Of a stretch of DNA of 64,000 bases, positions 27,861 to 36,916 are shown piece after piece. Each line of letters starts with the position of its first letter. Position 1 is the stretch's first letter. Origin of the DNA: a virus (Duplodnaviria > Caudoviricetes). A model generated the notes under the pieces. It saw nothing but the letters and a program-made list of their open reading frames with translations. It was not told the origin of the DNA and searched no databases. The DNA is taken from the IMG/VR virus record IMGVR_UViG_2974799246_000001, positions 96,001-160,000 of that record; one strand, given 5' to 3'. A program made the position numbers and the translations under genes.

Positions 27861-29042
27861 TTAGCCGCCTGTTACTTCTGGTTCTTTGTAACCCTGCAGG
27901 AAGAAGATACGCATACCGGTGTTGTTCGGACTGTTAGCAGTCAGAGCTTTGTAGGTACGTTTCTTCGGCGTGCTGCCGTCATCTTCCATTTCGTTGTACA
28001 CCTGCACGTCGATCAGGGTACCGTTGGAGATAACGTCAGAAGACGCGTAACCCACGATATCCATTTCGTACGGATAGCTGTAGCGCTGGGTGTTGAAGCC
28101 AGCAGGCAGACGGAAATCGAAGTGGTTATCTTCGGAGAACGGAACCATCTGGTACGGGTTGATAACCGCGTAGCTATCAGCACTGTGTACGTGCGCTGGT
28201 ACTGGCAGAGTCGGCGCGTTCACATCAGACTCACGCACGGTGTAGCGCATGATCTGGAACGAGCCTGGGCTGTTAGTCGCAGGACGAACTTCCAGATCGT
28301 TGTTGATAGAGCCGCCGCCGTTAACAGAGAACATGCAGAACAGAGGCGCTTTACCATCGACGACAACAGATCCATCAGAGTTGATAGCACGTTGAACTAC
28401 CAGCCATGCACCACGGCAACCATCAGAGTCACGACCTTCAACTGCGAGATGCAGAGCGAAGCCATGCTCAGTCAGAGAGATGTGGTAGGTGAACGGTGAT
28501 GCTTCTGGGTCTGCCCAAATCAGGCTGTCTGGGTTCTGCTGGCCAGCAGTGGCGTTGGTGGCGTTGGTTGGGTACGCCATGGTGCCGCCATAGTAAACAG
28601 CGCCGTTACTGTTTGCAATGCCACGGTGCCAGAAACACACATCGTAGTCGCCAGTAGTACCACCAGTGTTACCATTAAAGCGAGCACCGACCTGACCAGC
28701 ATACTCAGGGAAAGAAGTACCGCCAACAGTAACAGTACCCGTCTTAGCGATGGTGCCTGTGTCAGAGATCTGCTCCGGGGCAGCAACGTACAAGTTGGTA
28801 CGCTTATCAGTGACTTTACAAGCTACACGCCAGCGCTGTTTGCCTGCACCAGTACCAGCCAACGGATCGATAGTCGAAGTAGCTTCAATAACGAATGAAG
28901 CCAGGTCAGTGGACGGAATCGTCGAGGCGACGGTACCGTTAACGCTCACCAGCTGGAAACCATTATCCACCAAATCCTGAAGGATAGATTTCCACATCTT
29001 GATGTTGCTGGTGAAGCCAGATTTCACAATCAGTTTGTTCAT
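27861..29042 (-). CDS. Abundant virion structural protein (fibre/whisker subunit candidate), paralog A
   Basis: High-expression codon bias; paralog of 29062..30048. Confidence 0.65.
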   Translation of the reverse strand: MNKLIVKSGFTSNIKMWKSILQDLVDNGFQLVSVNGTVASTIPSTDLASFVIEATSTIDPLAGTGAGKQRWRVACKVTDKRTNLYVAAPEQISDTGTIAKTGTVTVGGTSFPEYAGQVGARFNGNTGGTTGDYDVCFWHRGIANSNGAVYYGGTMAYPTNATNATAGQQNPDSLIWADPEASPFTYHISLTEHGFALHLAVEGRDSDGCRGAWLVVQRAINSDGSVVVDGKAPLFCMFSVNGGGSINNDLEVRPATNSPGSFQIMRYTVRESDVNAPTLPVPAHVHSADSYAVINPYQMVPFSEDNHFDFRLPAGFNTQRYSYPYEMDIVGYASSDVISNGTLIDVQVYNEMEDDGSTPKKRTYKALTANSPNNTGMRIFFLQGYKEPEVTGG

Positions 29043-29061
29043 GAGTCGTTATCCCCTAATA

Positions 29062-30048
29062 TTAAGCCGCGTCGCCAGTACCGATAGGAAGCATCAGACG
29101 CATACCACGGTTGTCTTTACCGTTTGCGTTCATGCCCAGGTACTTGGTTTTGTTAGTCGCTTTCAGCGGGTTCAACTGTACTTCGGAACCAGCAGAGAGA
29201 ACGTCAGCAGAGGTGTAACCCAGCATGTCCAGTGTAGCGAAGTACACATATCGTTGGGTGTTAATCATCTGCGGGAACAGCACGATGGCGCGGTTACCTT
29301 CTGCAATCATAACCTGTTGGAGCGGGTTGATGATTGGTGCGGAGTCAGGAGTCGGCTGTACGGCAGACAGAGGAACTGTCGCGCTGTAGATACCTGCTTC
29401 GATAACAGTGAAGCGCTGAATTGCTTCAGGCTTGATTGTATCAGGGTCGCCAGCCAGACCGCCGCCACACGAGAAGATGCAGAACAGTGGGCTATGATCA
29501 CCCGGCTTAGTATCGCCAGTCTGTACGCCACGCTGTGCAACGAACCAACTGAACGCGGTGCCAGTGTTGTCGAAACCTTCTGCGTTGATGTGCAGAGCGA
29601 TACCGTGGTCGGTGGTGATGAAGTCATAGGTCAGCGGGTATGCTGCCATGTCAGCGGTCGCATCCATCTTCCAGTCAGCAACCAGATCGATGAAGCTGTT
29701 AGCAATCAGACCAGACTTGGACAGACGGCCGATTTCTACGGTAGCAGAACGCTTCGCCGCAGTGTAGTCGTTCTCACTCACCTGAAGGTCAGGCAGAACG
29801 TTGATTGACAGAGTTTTAGCCGCGTTGTCAGCTTTGAGGATGATGCCCCATTGCTGCGTATCAAACAGCGGATCAACTGCGTCAGAGGCCATCAGGTAGA
29901 ATGCTTTACCATCTGGTTTGATCTGAGTACCAGCAGTACCATCGACTGCAACGAGTTCAAAACCCGCAGCAACCATTTTAGCCACCAGGTCACGGGTCAG
30001 AGCTTCCAGACCAATGATCTTAGTGGCAGTTACACGTTGAATAGCCAT
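29062..30048 (-). CDS. Abundant virion structural protein, paralog B
   Basis: Shares PLFC.FS..GGG, INP.Q.V, NTQRY.Y and GMR motifs with 27861..29042. Confidence 0.65.
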   Translation of the reverse strand: MAIQRVTATKIIGLEALTRDLVAKMVAAGFELVAVDGTAGTQIKPDGKAFYLMASDAVDPLFDTQQWGIILKADNAAKTLSINVLPDLQVSENDYTAAKRSATVEIGRLSKSGLIANSFIDLVADWKMDATADMAAYPLTYDFITTDHGIALHINAEGFDNTGTAFSWFVAQRGVQTGDTKPGDHSPLFCIFSCGGGLAGDPDTIKPEAIQRFTVIEAGIYSATVPLSAVQPTPDSAPIINPLQQVMIAEGNRAIVLFPQMINTQRYVYFATLDMLGYTSADVLSAGSEVQLNPLKATNKTKYLGMNANGKDNRGMRLMLPIGTGDAA

Positions 30049-30055
30049 AAGTTAA

Positions 30056-30841
30056 TCACTCCATTACCAGATAGGTTACAGTGAGTTTCGGTTTCGACGG
30101 CGAGGTGCCGATATTCTTCATACGCCACGAAATTGTAGGCGTGTTGTCCTTGTTGGACAAGAAGCTGTATCGGCGCAGCTTACGAATGACAGGATTGCCT
30201 TCGCTATCCACATCAGAGAACACGCCGTCATCTTCAAGAAAATTAGCAGTGGAGCGGAATAAATACGGATTTCTGTCGTCGCGTTGCGCTGTAGGGAATG
30301 CGGAGAGTTCCACATCAAACGCATTGAGTTGAACAGAAAGCAGCATCACGGTGCGGTTCATCTGCAAATCAAAATCAATCTGCTGACCAGGAGTAATGTA
30401 CGAAGGTGATTCGTACTCCACAGTCTTACGCACACCAGCACTCTCATTGCCGCTCAAGTCGGCCCAGAACATTGTACCATTAGCGCCAGACACGAGGGTC
30501 ATCCCTGCGTATTCAGGCTCAGGCACTTGTTTACTTGGGTCGAGGCCTACAACAGTCAGACCTGTCTCATCCACAGCAGTAACGAAAGGCGACTCGAACT
30601 TATACTCCGAGCCACCAAATTTCGCTTCTTCCCATGTCACGTTGTCGGCACCAAGCTGATACATCTTCTTGGTCTCGGTCACGTAACACAACATCCCAGG
30701 CTTTTTATTACCTACGGACATTGTGTCACGCAACGCGAGTGTAGCAAGACAACGCATACCCCCACGAAGATAAACATCCTCGAGGAGGTATGGGAGAGCT
30801 GCGGATGCTGGTAACAGGAACGAAGTCATCATTACCGGCAT
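30056..30841 (-). CDS. Fibre-associated virion protein
   Basis: Start re-called to ATG 30841 (AAGGAG SD); GMLCYVTETKKMYQL motif of fibre N-terminal domains. Confidence 0.6.
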   Translation of the reverse strand: MPVMMTSFLLPASAALPYLLEDVYLRGGMRCLATLALRDTMSVGNKKPGMLCYVTETKKMYQLGADNVTWEEAKFGGSEYKFESPFVTAVDETGLTVVGLDPSKQVPEPEYAGMTLVSGANGTMFWADLSGNESAGVRKTVEYESPSYITPGQQIDFDLQMNRTVMLLSVQLNAFDVELSAFPTAQRDDRNPYLFRSTANFLEDDGVFSDVDSEGNPVIRKLRRYSFLSNKDNTPTISWRMKNIGTSPSKPKLTVTYLVME

Positions 30842-30851
30842 CTTATTCTCC

Positions 30852-33800
30852 TTACGCGGTACCTGAACCTGGGGTCGAAGAACCATAGGTCAGTTTAAAC
30901 GTATACGCCAGATTATCAAACGGGAAGTCGTTACGATAGACAACGTAATCAACACCATTGATAGTCACTTCGGCAGGACCAGCAAAGTTGAAGTCATCGA
31001 ACTCCAACGCACCATCCCATGAACCAGCGAAGCCTTGAGCAGACTCGACGAAGTAACCATAGCCCAGAGACTTCGGCCACGCAACGTAGAAGAACACGTT
31101 GTTCGTAGAGGTACTCGTTCCACCAGGACAGTTCAAGAGTTGCTGACCAGTCAGAGTCAACGCAGTTTGCAAACCCTGCACGAACGCTGCGTCATAACCA
31201 GAGACAGACTTGATCTTAGAGTGCCAGCCGAAGCGAGCGCCCAGGTCAGAAGACTGTTGTGGTTTGAGCGTAACGTCTTTCGTTGCAGTAACAGTCTTAC
31301 CGTTCTTGACATACGACACAGTGATAGTTACCACGGCATCAGCAGTCACAGCGTTAGACTTCAACGAACCGCCTACAACACTCAGGCCAGTCACCGTACC
31401 GGACTTCACAGCCACAGACCACGTTGTACCGCTATCCGCAGTAACGTCAGGTGTGGTGCCATCAGACAGAGTTGCCGTTGCAGTGTATGCAGTGGTCACG
31501 CCGCCAATGATAGAAGCAGGTCCAGTGATAACCACTGAGTCAGGCGTCGGTGGAGCTGGCGTGTTCGTTACAGTCAGGTTCGCAGTTTGCGCTTGGCTGT
31601 TATACGAAGCAGTACCAGTGATCACCGCAGTCTGAGTCGTGCTCACAGTGTTACCTGTGATGGTGTTGTTGCCATTGAACGTGAAGCCCGTAGTGGAGCC
31701 AGAGCTACGCGTTACAACAGGTGTCAGATCAACCGTCGTGCTATCAGAGAACGTCAGGCGCAGGATATAGGTACCTGTCTCACCTTTGTTCACAGCAGTA
31801 GGACCAATCAGCTCGCGCTTAGTGATCGTTGCTGCCTGATTGATAATCTGGATGGTCTTCTCTGGTGCATACGTTTTGCCGTCAACGACGACGTTAGCAG
31901 CACGGAGGATTACCGTCTGGTTCTGCGTGATGGAGTTTGGCGGTGAAGTCAACTTCGCACGAGTCGAAGTAGTACCAACACCAAGCGTCACATATGCAGC
32001 ACCTTGAGGCAATGACCAAGTAGGCAGAGAAGTGTACTCAACCTGCGAACCAGACAGACGAGTAATACGCACCAGATAGTCACCAGATGCAGTACCTTCG
32101 GTGATGCTGTCTGCGCCGATGATTTCTACAGTGCTCACGTCATCCGTAGGACCAGTGACAGTGAACTGAACGCTACCAGTCTTCGTTACGCTGCCAACAG
32201 TAGCGACAACGTTAAGCTGGAAGGTCAGAGTACCGAAGAAGCCAGTCAGAGCAGCTTTCGTACGGATGCGCCATCCTGTTGTTCCACCAGCAACAATCTC
32301 AAAGTAAGTTTGTGCATTAGAGGACAACGTATAGCTAAGTTCGCCGCTTGTACCCTCACGAGTAGAAGAATCAGAGAACGTCAGAGTGCTATGCAGGTCA
32401 CGGGTCACAGCCGCAGCGGTACCGTAATCAAACGCAGGCGATGGAGCCAGAGGTTGAACGGACAGCAGACTGATCACGATGATGTTTTTAACCAGCACAG
32501 ACTTCTGCGCGTTACGACCATCGTAAGTAGCACGAATCAGAACAGTGGTGTCCTGAGTCACTTCACCTGCCGACAGGATGCCCGTCTGCGCGATGCTTGC
32601 GATTGCGCTACCCTGAATGACAGACCACGTTGGCGCAGATACCTGACGCTCTGTACCGTTTGAAAGAATCTCCCACGCTGTAAACTGCGACGTGGTGTTT
32701 TCGTTCATCTGGTCAGCACCGCGAACTTCCAGTGAGGTCACAACCGGTGGATTACCAACGATAGTTACGCCCAGAGTCGCAGTCTTAGTGATACCGTTTT
32801 CAGTGTACGATGCGTAGATCGTTACGCTGGTATTTGCAATGTCTACTGCACCAGCAACAAGGTTGGAGTTGGTGAACGTTGCATAGTTCGACGGCTGCTG
32901 CAAGCGGAACTCGTTAGGAGTAATCGTCGCAGTGTGACCATCAGAGTAAGTAGCCAGCACGGTGTACGGTGTGGTGGTCTTCTCTTGTACGGACGACGGC
33001 CCAACAATCTTGATGCTCGACAGGTCAACAACAGGCACAACGTTCACGATAAGAATATCGAGTGTCGCGCTCTTAGTGATGCCGTTTTCCGTGTACGTTG
33101 CAGACAGCTTCACAGGAATGTCAGAAGACACTTTGCCTGCGTTAACGGTCTTGTTCACGATAGTCACAACATCCAGACGGTCGGCAGTGAAGGTCGTCGG
33201 GTCAATCAGCTTCGTGCTTCCGTCAGAGTAGGTAGCGAGGAACGTATAGTTCGCGCTTTCCTCGCTGCGGATTGTGTTCGCACCCTGGATTGCCAGAGAG
33301 GACAGCACAACAGCTTCTGTCTCTTTCAGAATCGTAACGTTCTTCGTGCCAGTCACTGTCTGGTCGGCAGTGATGTACGTTGCAGTCAACACAATCTGAC
33401 GGTCAGAGACAGTCTCTTTACGAGCCGTGACCACGTTGCCACTGATAGTGGTGTACGTTGTAGGTGCAGCCGTGAAGGAGTTCTGCGTAACCATTTCGGT
33501 ATCGCCGTTCGACCACGTAATACGGAACGTGTATGTCGCGCTCTGCTGAGAAACGATGGTAGAAGCACCAAGCACCTCAAGCTGAGTAATCAACTGCGCT
33601 TTAACCGTCACGTTCTTATTCGCCGTGAAGGTAACGCCGTTGTACACGTAGGTCGCAGTCAGTTTGACGACGGTATCGACAGAGACTTTCTTCGCAGTAC
33701 CCTGCAGGCCAACGAGGTCCAGAGCGTTTGCGTTATCAACCACGAAGTTCGTAGGCATGATAGTCGCAACGTTACCAGACTTGTAGCGAGCAGTGACGGT

Positions 33801-34862
33801 GTAGGTCTCTTTCTGTTTGTAGAACAGAGTGCCTGTGCCAACGATTGCGATAGACACCAGCTCATCGTCGATGATGAAGGTATTCTTGATCAGCAAGTTG
33901 TAGGTGGCTGTTACCCAGTTACCGTAAACAGGGTCACGCTTACGTGCAGTCACTTTCAACACAACGTCAGCAGCGAGGTCAGGAGCAGTAACAGTACCGT
34001 CCTGAGAGATAGTCACACCGATAACGTTTTCTTCGATAGACCACTCAACACCGTCAGGCTGGTGCTCGATACGATCAGACCATTCAGCGTCGATGTTCAG
34101 TTTGACGCTACTGTTATCCGACATGTAGCTCGCGTTACCCGGCAGGCTGATACGCAAGTTCATCAGGTGAGGAGATTCCCACTCGACGTTATCAGCAGTA
34201 GGCTTAACCCACTTACCGATGTACTTGTTCGGATTCGTTGGGTCTTGATCAACGATAGCCAGCACGTAGCCTTCTTGCGGTTCGTTAGAGCTTGAGACTT
34301 CAACGAATGCAGTGGCGTTCAGACGAATCATGGTACGAGCATAATCAGGATGATCGTGATTAGTCGGATAACGTGCGTTAGACATGCGCGGGTCAGAGCT
34401 GGACACAGCAACAGTCTCGTCCGAAGAAGCAGGTTCGTCTTTAGTGACGACACTACCCAAACGGTTAGTAGTTGCGTGTGGTACTTCCAGTTCACCTACG
34501 TCAATGCCGAGGTCGCCAGCGTTCTCCACAACAAAGCGGAAGAACTGTTTCTGGCTAAACAACTGCGCGTAGTCATTTACGGTGACCCATGAGCCACGGT
34601 GATTACCATCAGACACGCTACTGGTACGGCGCAGCACATACATATACTGCGGGCTACCAGAGTTGGCATCAATCCAAATCAGGTTGTACGGCTTTTCAGA
34701 AAACGACGGCTCGGTCATAGACACGACAACCTGATGCACTTCCGTTTGATCGTTCGCGTTAGGTCGGAACAAGAAAGTGATTGGGTTACGTGGCGTCAGA
34801 CCGCGAGTGCGAGCCAGGCCGATATACTGTTTAGCAAAGCCGTCGATCGTGGTTACGCTCAT
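30852..34862 (-). CDS. Ig-like repeat fibre/whisker protein
   Basis: 1336 aa; about nine ~95-aa Thr/Val-rich repeats (L.SI.I.G...YT..A.YSDG). Confidence 0.8.
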   Translation of the reverse strand: MSVTTIDGFAKQYIGLARTRGLTPRNPITFLFRPNANDQTEVHQVVVSMTEPSFSEKPYNLIWIDANSGSPQYMYVLRRTSSVSDGNHRGSWVTVNDYAQLFSQKQFFRFVVENAGDLGIDVGELEVPHATTNRLGSVVTKDEPASSDETVAVSSSDPRMSNARYPTNHDHPDYARTMIRLNATAFVEVSSSNEPQEGYVLAIVDQDPTNPNKYIGKWVKPTADNVEWESPHLMNLRISLPGNASYMSDNSSVKLNIDAEWSDRIEHQPDGVEWSIEENVIGVTISQDGTVTAPDLAADVVLKVTARKRDPVYGNWVTATYNLLIKNTFIIDDELVSIAIVGTGTLFYKQKETYTVTARYKSGNVATIMPTNFVVDNANALDLVGLQGTAKKVSVDTVVKLTATYVYNGVTFTANKNVTVKAQLITQLEVLGASTIVSQQSATYTFRITWSNGDTEMVTQNSFTAAPTTYTTISGNVVTARKETVSDRQIVLTATYITADQTVTGTKNVTILKETEAVVLSSLAIQGANTIRSEESANYTFLATYSDGSTKLIDPTTFTADRLDVVTIVNKTVNAGKVSSDIPVKLSATYTENGITKSATLDILIVNVVPVVDLSSIKIVGPSSVQEKTTTPYTVLATYSDGHTATITPNEFRLQQPSNYATFTNSNLVAGAVDIANTSVTIYASYTENGITKTATLGVTIVGNPPVVTSLEVRGADQMNENTTSQFTAWEILSNGTERQVSAPTWSVIQGSAIASIAQTGILSAGEVTQDTTVLIRATYDGRNAQKSVLVKNIIVISLLSVQPLAPSPAFDYGTAAAVTRDLHSTLTFSDSSTREGTSGELSYTLSSNAQTYFEIVAGGTTGWRIRTKAALTGFFGTLTFQLNVVATVGSVTKTGSVQFTVTGPTDDVSTVEIIGADSITEGTASGDYLVRITRLSGSQVEYTSLPTWSLPQGAAYVTLGVGTTSTRAKLTSPPNSITQNQTVILRAANVVVDGKTYAPEKTIQIINQAATITKRELIGPTAVNKGETGTYILRLTFSDSTTVDLTPVVTRSSGSTTGFTFNGNNTITGNTVSTTQTAVITGTASYNSQAQTANLTVTNTPAPPTPDSVVITGPASIIGGVTTAYTATATLSDGTTPDVTADSGTTWSVAVKSGTVTGLSVVGGSLKSNAVTADAVVTITVSYVKNGKTVTATKDVTLKPQQSSDLGARFGWHSKIKSVSGYDAAFVQGLQTALTLTGQQLLNCPGGTSTSTNNVFFYVAWPKSLGYGYFVESAQGFAGSWDGALEFDDFNFAGPAEVTINGVDYVVYRNDFPFDNLAYTFKLTYGSSTPGSGTA

Positions 34863-34865
34863 TCA

Positions 34866-35492
34866 TTATTCTCCAAGAATGTCGGTCGCAATCAGATGGC
34901 CGTATGATGCTTTCACGTTAGTGTCAGCAATGAACGTAGAACCGTTGTCGCCAACGTCTGCATCCATGTTCACTTTGTCCTGCACGGTCTTCACTTCAAC
35001 CAGCGGCTTCTCTGGGTGCATTTCATCATGCGGCAGAGGAGTACGCTTGTCGGTGTTACGTGGGTCCGTTGTGGACACGAACGTAGGACGACCAACAGCA
35101 GCAGGCTCAGTAGTCAGACGCGCAATACCGTATTCGTCCACAGACGCGTTCGGGATGTTATCGCTACCACTGATATCAGACGGATCGTAATACTGCGGTG
35201 CCCAGAACGAGTTGAAGTTCTTCACTTCTTCCCAGGTATTCTGGAAGCCACCAGCAGGCGTCTTAGACTTACGTGCAAGGAACTTACGATAGTAAATGCT
35301 ATCGCGTACCATGCACAGCCAGACGACGTTCATTGGCAGCACGATGCCTACAGGCTCTTCCTGCGCAATGATGTGCGTACAACTGATGTTGAGTGTCGGG
35401 TTAATCTGACGAACAACTTGCTCTTTAGCAGTGTCGTCCATGAATCCCGTTACAGCCAACAGAGCAGCAGCGATATCGTTCAGTGTAGTCAT
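34866..35492 (-). CDS. Fibre adaptor-like protein, paralog of the 1336-aa protein N-terminus
   Basis: LPMNVVWL, DPRNTDKRTPLPH, HPEKP motifs shared. Confidence 0.6.
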   Translation of the reverse strand: MTTLNDIAAALLAVTGFMDDTAKEQVVRQINPTLNISCTHIIAQEEPVGIVLPMNVVWLCMVRDSIYYRKFLARKSKTPAGGFQNTWEEVKNFNSFWAPQYYDPSDISGSDNIPNASVDEYGIARLTTEPAAVGRPTFVSTTDPRNTDKRTPLPHDEMHPEKPLVEVKTVQDKVNMDADVGDNGSTFIADTNVKASYGHLIATDILGE

Positions 35493-35501
35493 AACCGCTC
35501 C

Positions 35502-36140
35502 TTAATCAGTAGGCTGGCCGAGTTCAGATTCACGCACCTTACGCCATTGAAGCGTAGAGTCTTCAAGCACCATGACCTGATTCACAGCAGGAACCAGCTG
35601 GTCTTTAATCGGTACGTGTTCTTCGCCATAACTACCGTTGATGCTGATCATGGTAGCAGGCTTCTCAGGGTGCGTGTGGTCAAGCGGGTCACGATTGTTA
35701 GTGAGTGTTTCATCACCTTCAATCAGAACGCGAGACTCTGCTTCGGGATAAGACAGATATCCCACACCACGAGTGATTGAAGTCGCAAGTGGTGGCAGCG
35801 CACGGTTGATGATTTGCAGATCGTTCGGGTCATACGTCTGTTCCATCATGGCATCATCATAGAAATACAGCGCAGTCCAAACATCCTGATACGGGTCTGA
35901 ATTGTTCTTGGCAGTACGTTTGAACGCAGTACCATACGTGGACGATTCAGGGTTGTAGTCAATCCAGATCGCATTGATCGGAAGGACCACGAAACGCGGA
36001 ACTGCATACGAGCAGTAGAACAACAGGCCCAACTGCGAACCATCTTTGGGAAGACGGAACATGATTGGGTTTTTGTTCTGCTGGTGGATATTCGTAAGCA
36101 ACTCAACGTTACTGATGAACTGTTCAAGTTTCAGTTCCAT
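35502..36140 (-). CDS. Fibre adaptor-like protein, paralog of the 1336-aa protein N-terminus
   Basis: NPIMF, LPINAIWID, RDPLDHTHPEKPATMI motifs shared. Confidence 0.6.
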   Translation of the reverse strand: MELKLEQFISNVELLTNIHQQNKNPIMFRLPKDGSQLGLLFYCSYAVPRFVVLPINAIWIDYNPESSTYGTAFKRTAKNNSDPYQDVWTALYFYDDAMMEQTYDPNDLQIINRALPPLATSITRGVGYLSYPEAESRVLIEGDETLTNNRDPLDHTHPEKPATMISINGSYGEEHVPIKDQLVPAVNQVMVLEDSTLQWRKVRESELGQPTD

Positions 36141-36174
36141 TGTGTTCTCCGTTTACCAGAAGCGGTGGTTAAAA

Positions 36175-36870
36175 TTATACAGGGTCACCGGACTTAGGAC
36201 TGGTGGAACCGTATTTAATGCGGAACACATAGTCGAGACTATCGAACGGGAAATCGTTCCTGTACACGACATAATCAAAGCCACCAAGTGATACTTCCGC
36301 TGCGCCTACAAAGTTGAAGTCGTTAAACTCCATGGCGCCATCCCACGAACCAGAGAAGCCCTGTACCGTCTCTTGGAAATACCCATAGAGCAGTCGCTTA
36401 GGCCAGGCCACGTAGAAGAAGCGGTTGTTATCAGAAGTAGATTGGTTCGGTGGGCAAGTGATTTGTTGCGGACTAGTCTCACCCAAAATGGTAGGGAGAG
36501 AACGGAAGAAGGTGTCGTTGTAATCAAGTATCGACAACACTTTATCGTGAACGCCGAAGCGTGGACCGTACTCACCACTGAACGGCACAGACACTCTTAC
36601 TTTGTTTGACGTAGCGTTGAGCGTCGTGCTGACGTTATACGCCTTAGCAACAAGGTCGTGTTCACCAGTATCGAATGGCAAAGTGAAGTCAAAGTAGGCA
36701 GTCGAACCTGACGTCGGCATATCAAGTTTCTTGAGCACCGTACCCGCAGCGTTTTCAATCTGGAGTGTACCACGCAGTGGTGGGTTGTCCATACTTACCA
36801 AGAAGCGGAGCTCCTTGTTACGCAGCGAGAAGCAGTATTCCAAGTTACCTTGAATGGTCAAAGTAAGCAT
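36175..36870 (-). CDS. Short fibre-tip protein, paralog of the 1336-aa protein C-terminus
   Basis: FFYVAWPK..YGYF...QGF.GSWDGA.EF.DFNF and DYVVYRNDFPFD shared almost verbatim. Confidence 0.7.
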   Translation of the reverse strand: MLTLTIQGNLEYCFSLRNKELRFLVSMDNPPLRGTLQIENAAGTVLKKLDMPTSGSTAYFDFTLPFDTGEHDLVAKAYNVSTTLNATSNKVRVSVPFSGEYGPRFGVHDKVLSILDYNDTFFRSLPTILGETSPQQITCPPNQSTSDNNRFFYVAWPKRLLYGYFQETVQGFSGSWDGAMEFNDFNFVGAAEVSLGGFDYVVYRNDFPFDSLDYVFRIKYGSTSPKSGDPV

Positions 36871-36883
36871 AGAACCTCACAAT

Positions 36884-36912
36884 ACGAAAAAAGGAGGACC
36901 GAAGCCCTCCTT
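36884..36912 (-). terminator. Intrinsic terminator
   Basis: AAGGAGGGC-TTCG-GTCCTCCTT-TTTTCGT. Confidence 0.85.
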
Positions 36913-36916
36913 AGTG

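Noticed and set aside
32934-34295. Long plus-strand ORFs (453 aa here; also 52949..54388, 46213..47289, 51636..52742, 57161..58183)
   Set aside because: Antisense shadows of strongly codon-biased minus-strand genes, with no SD or recognisable motifs.
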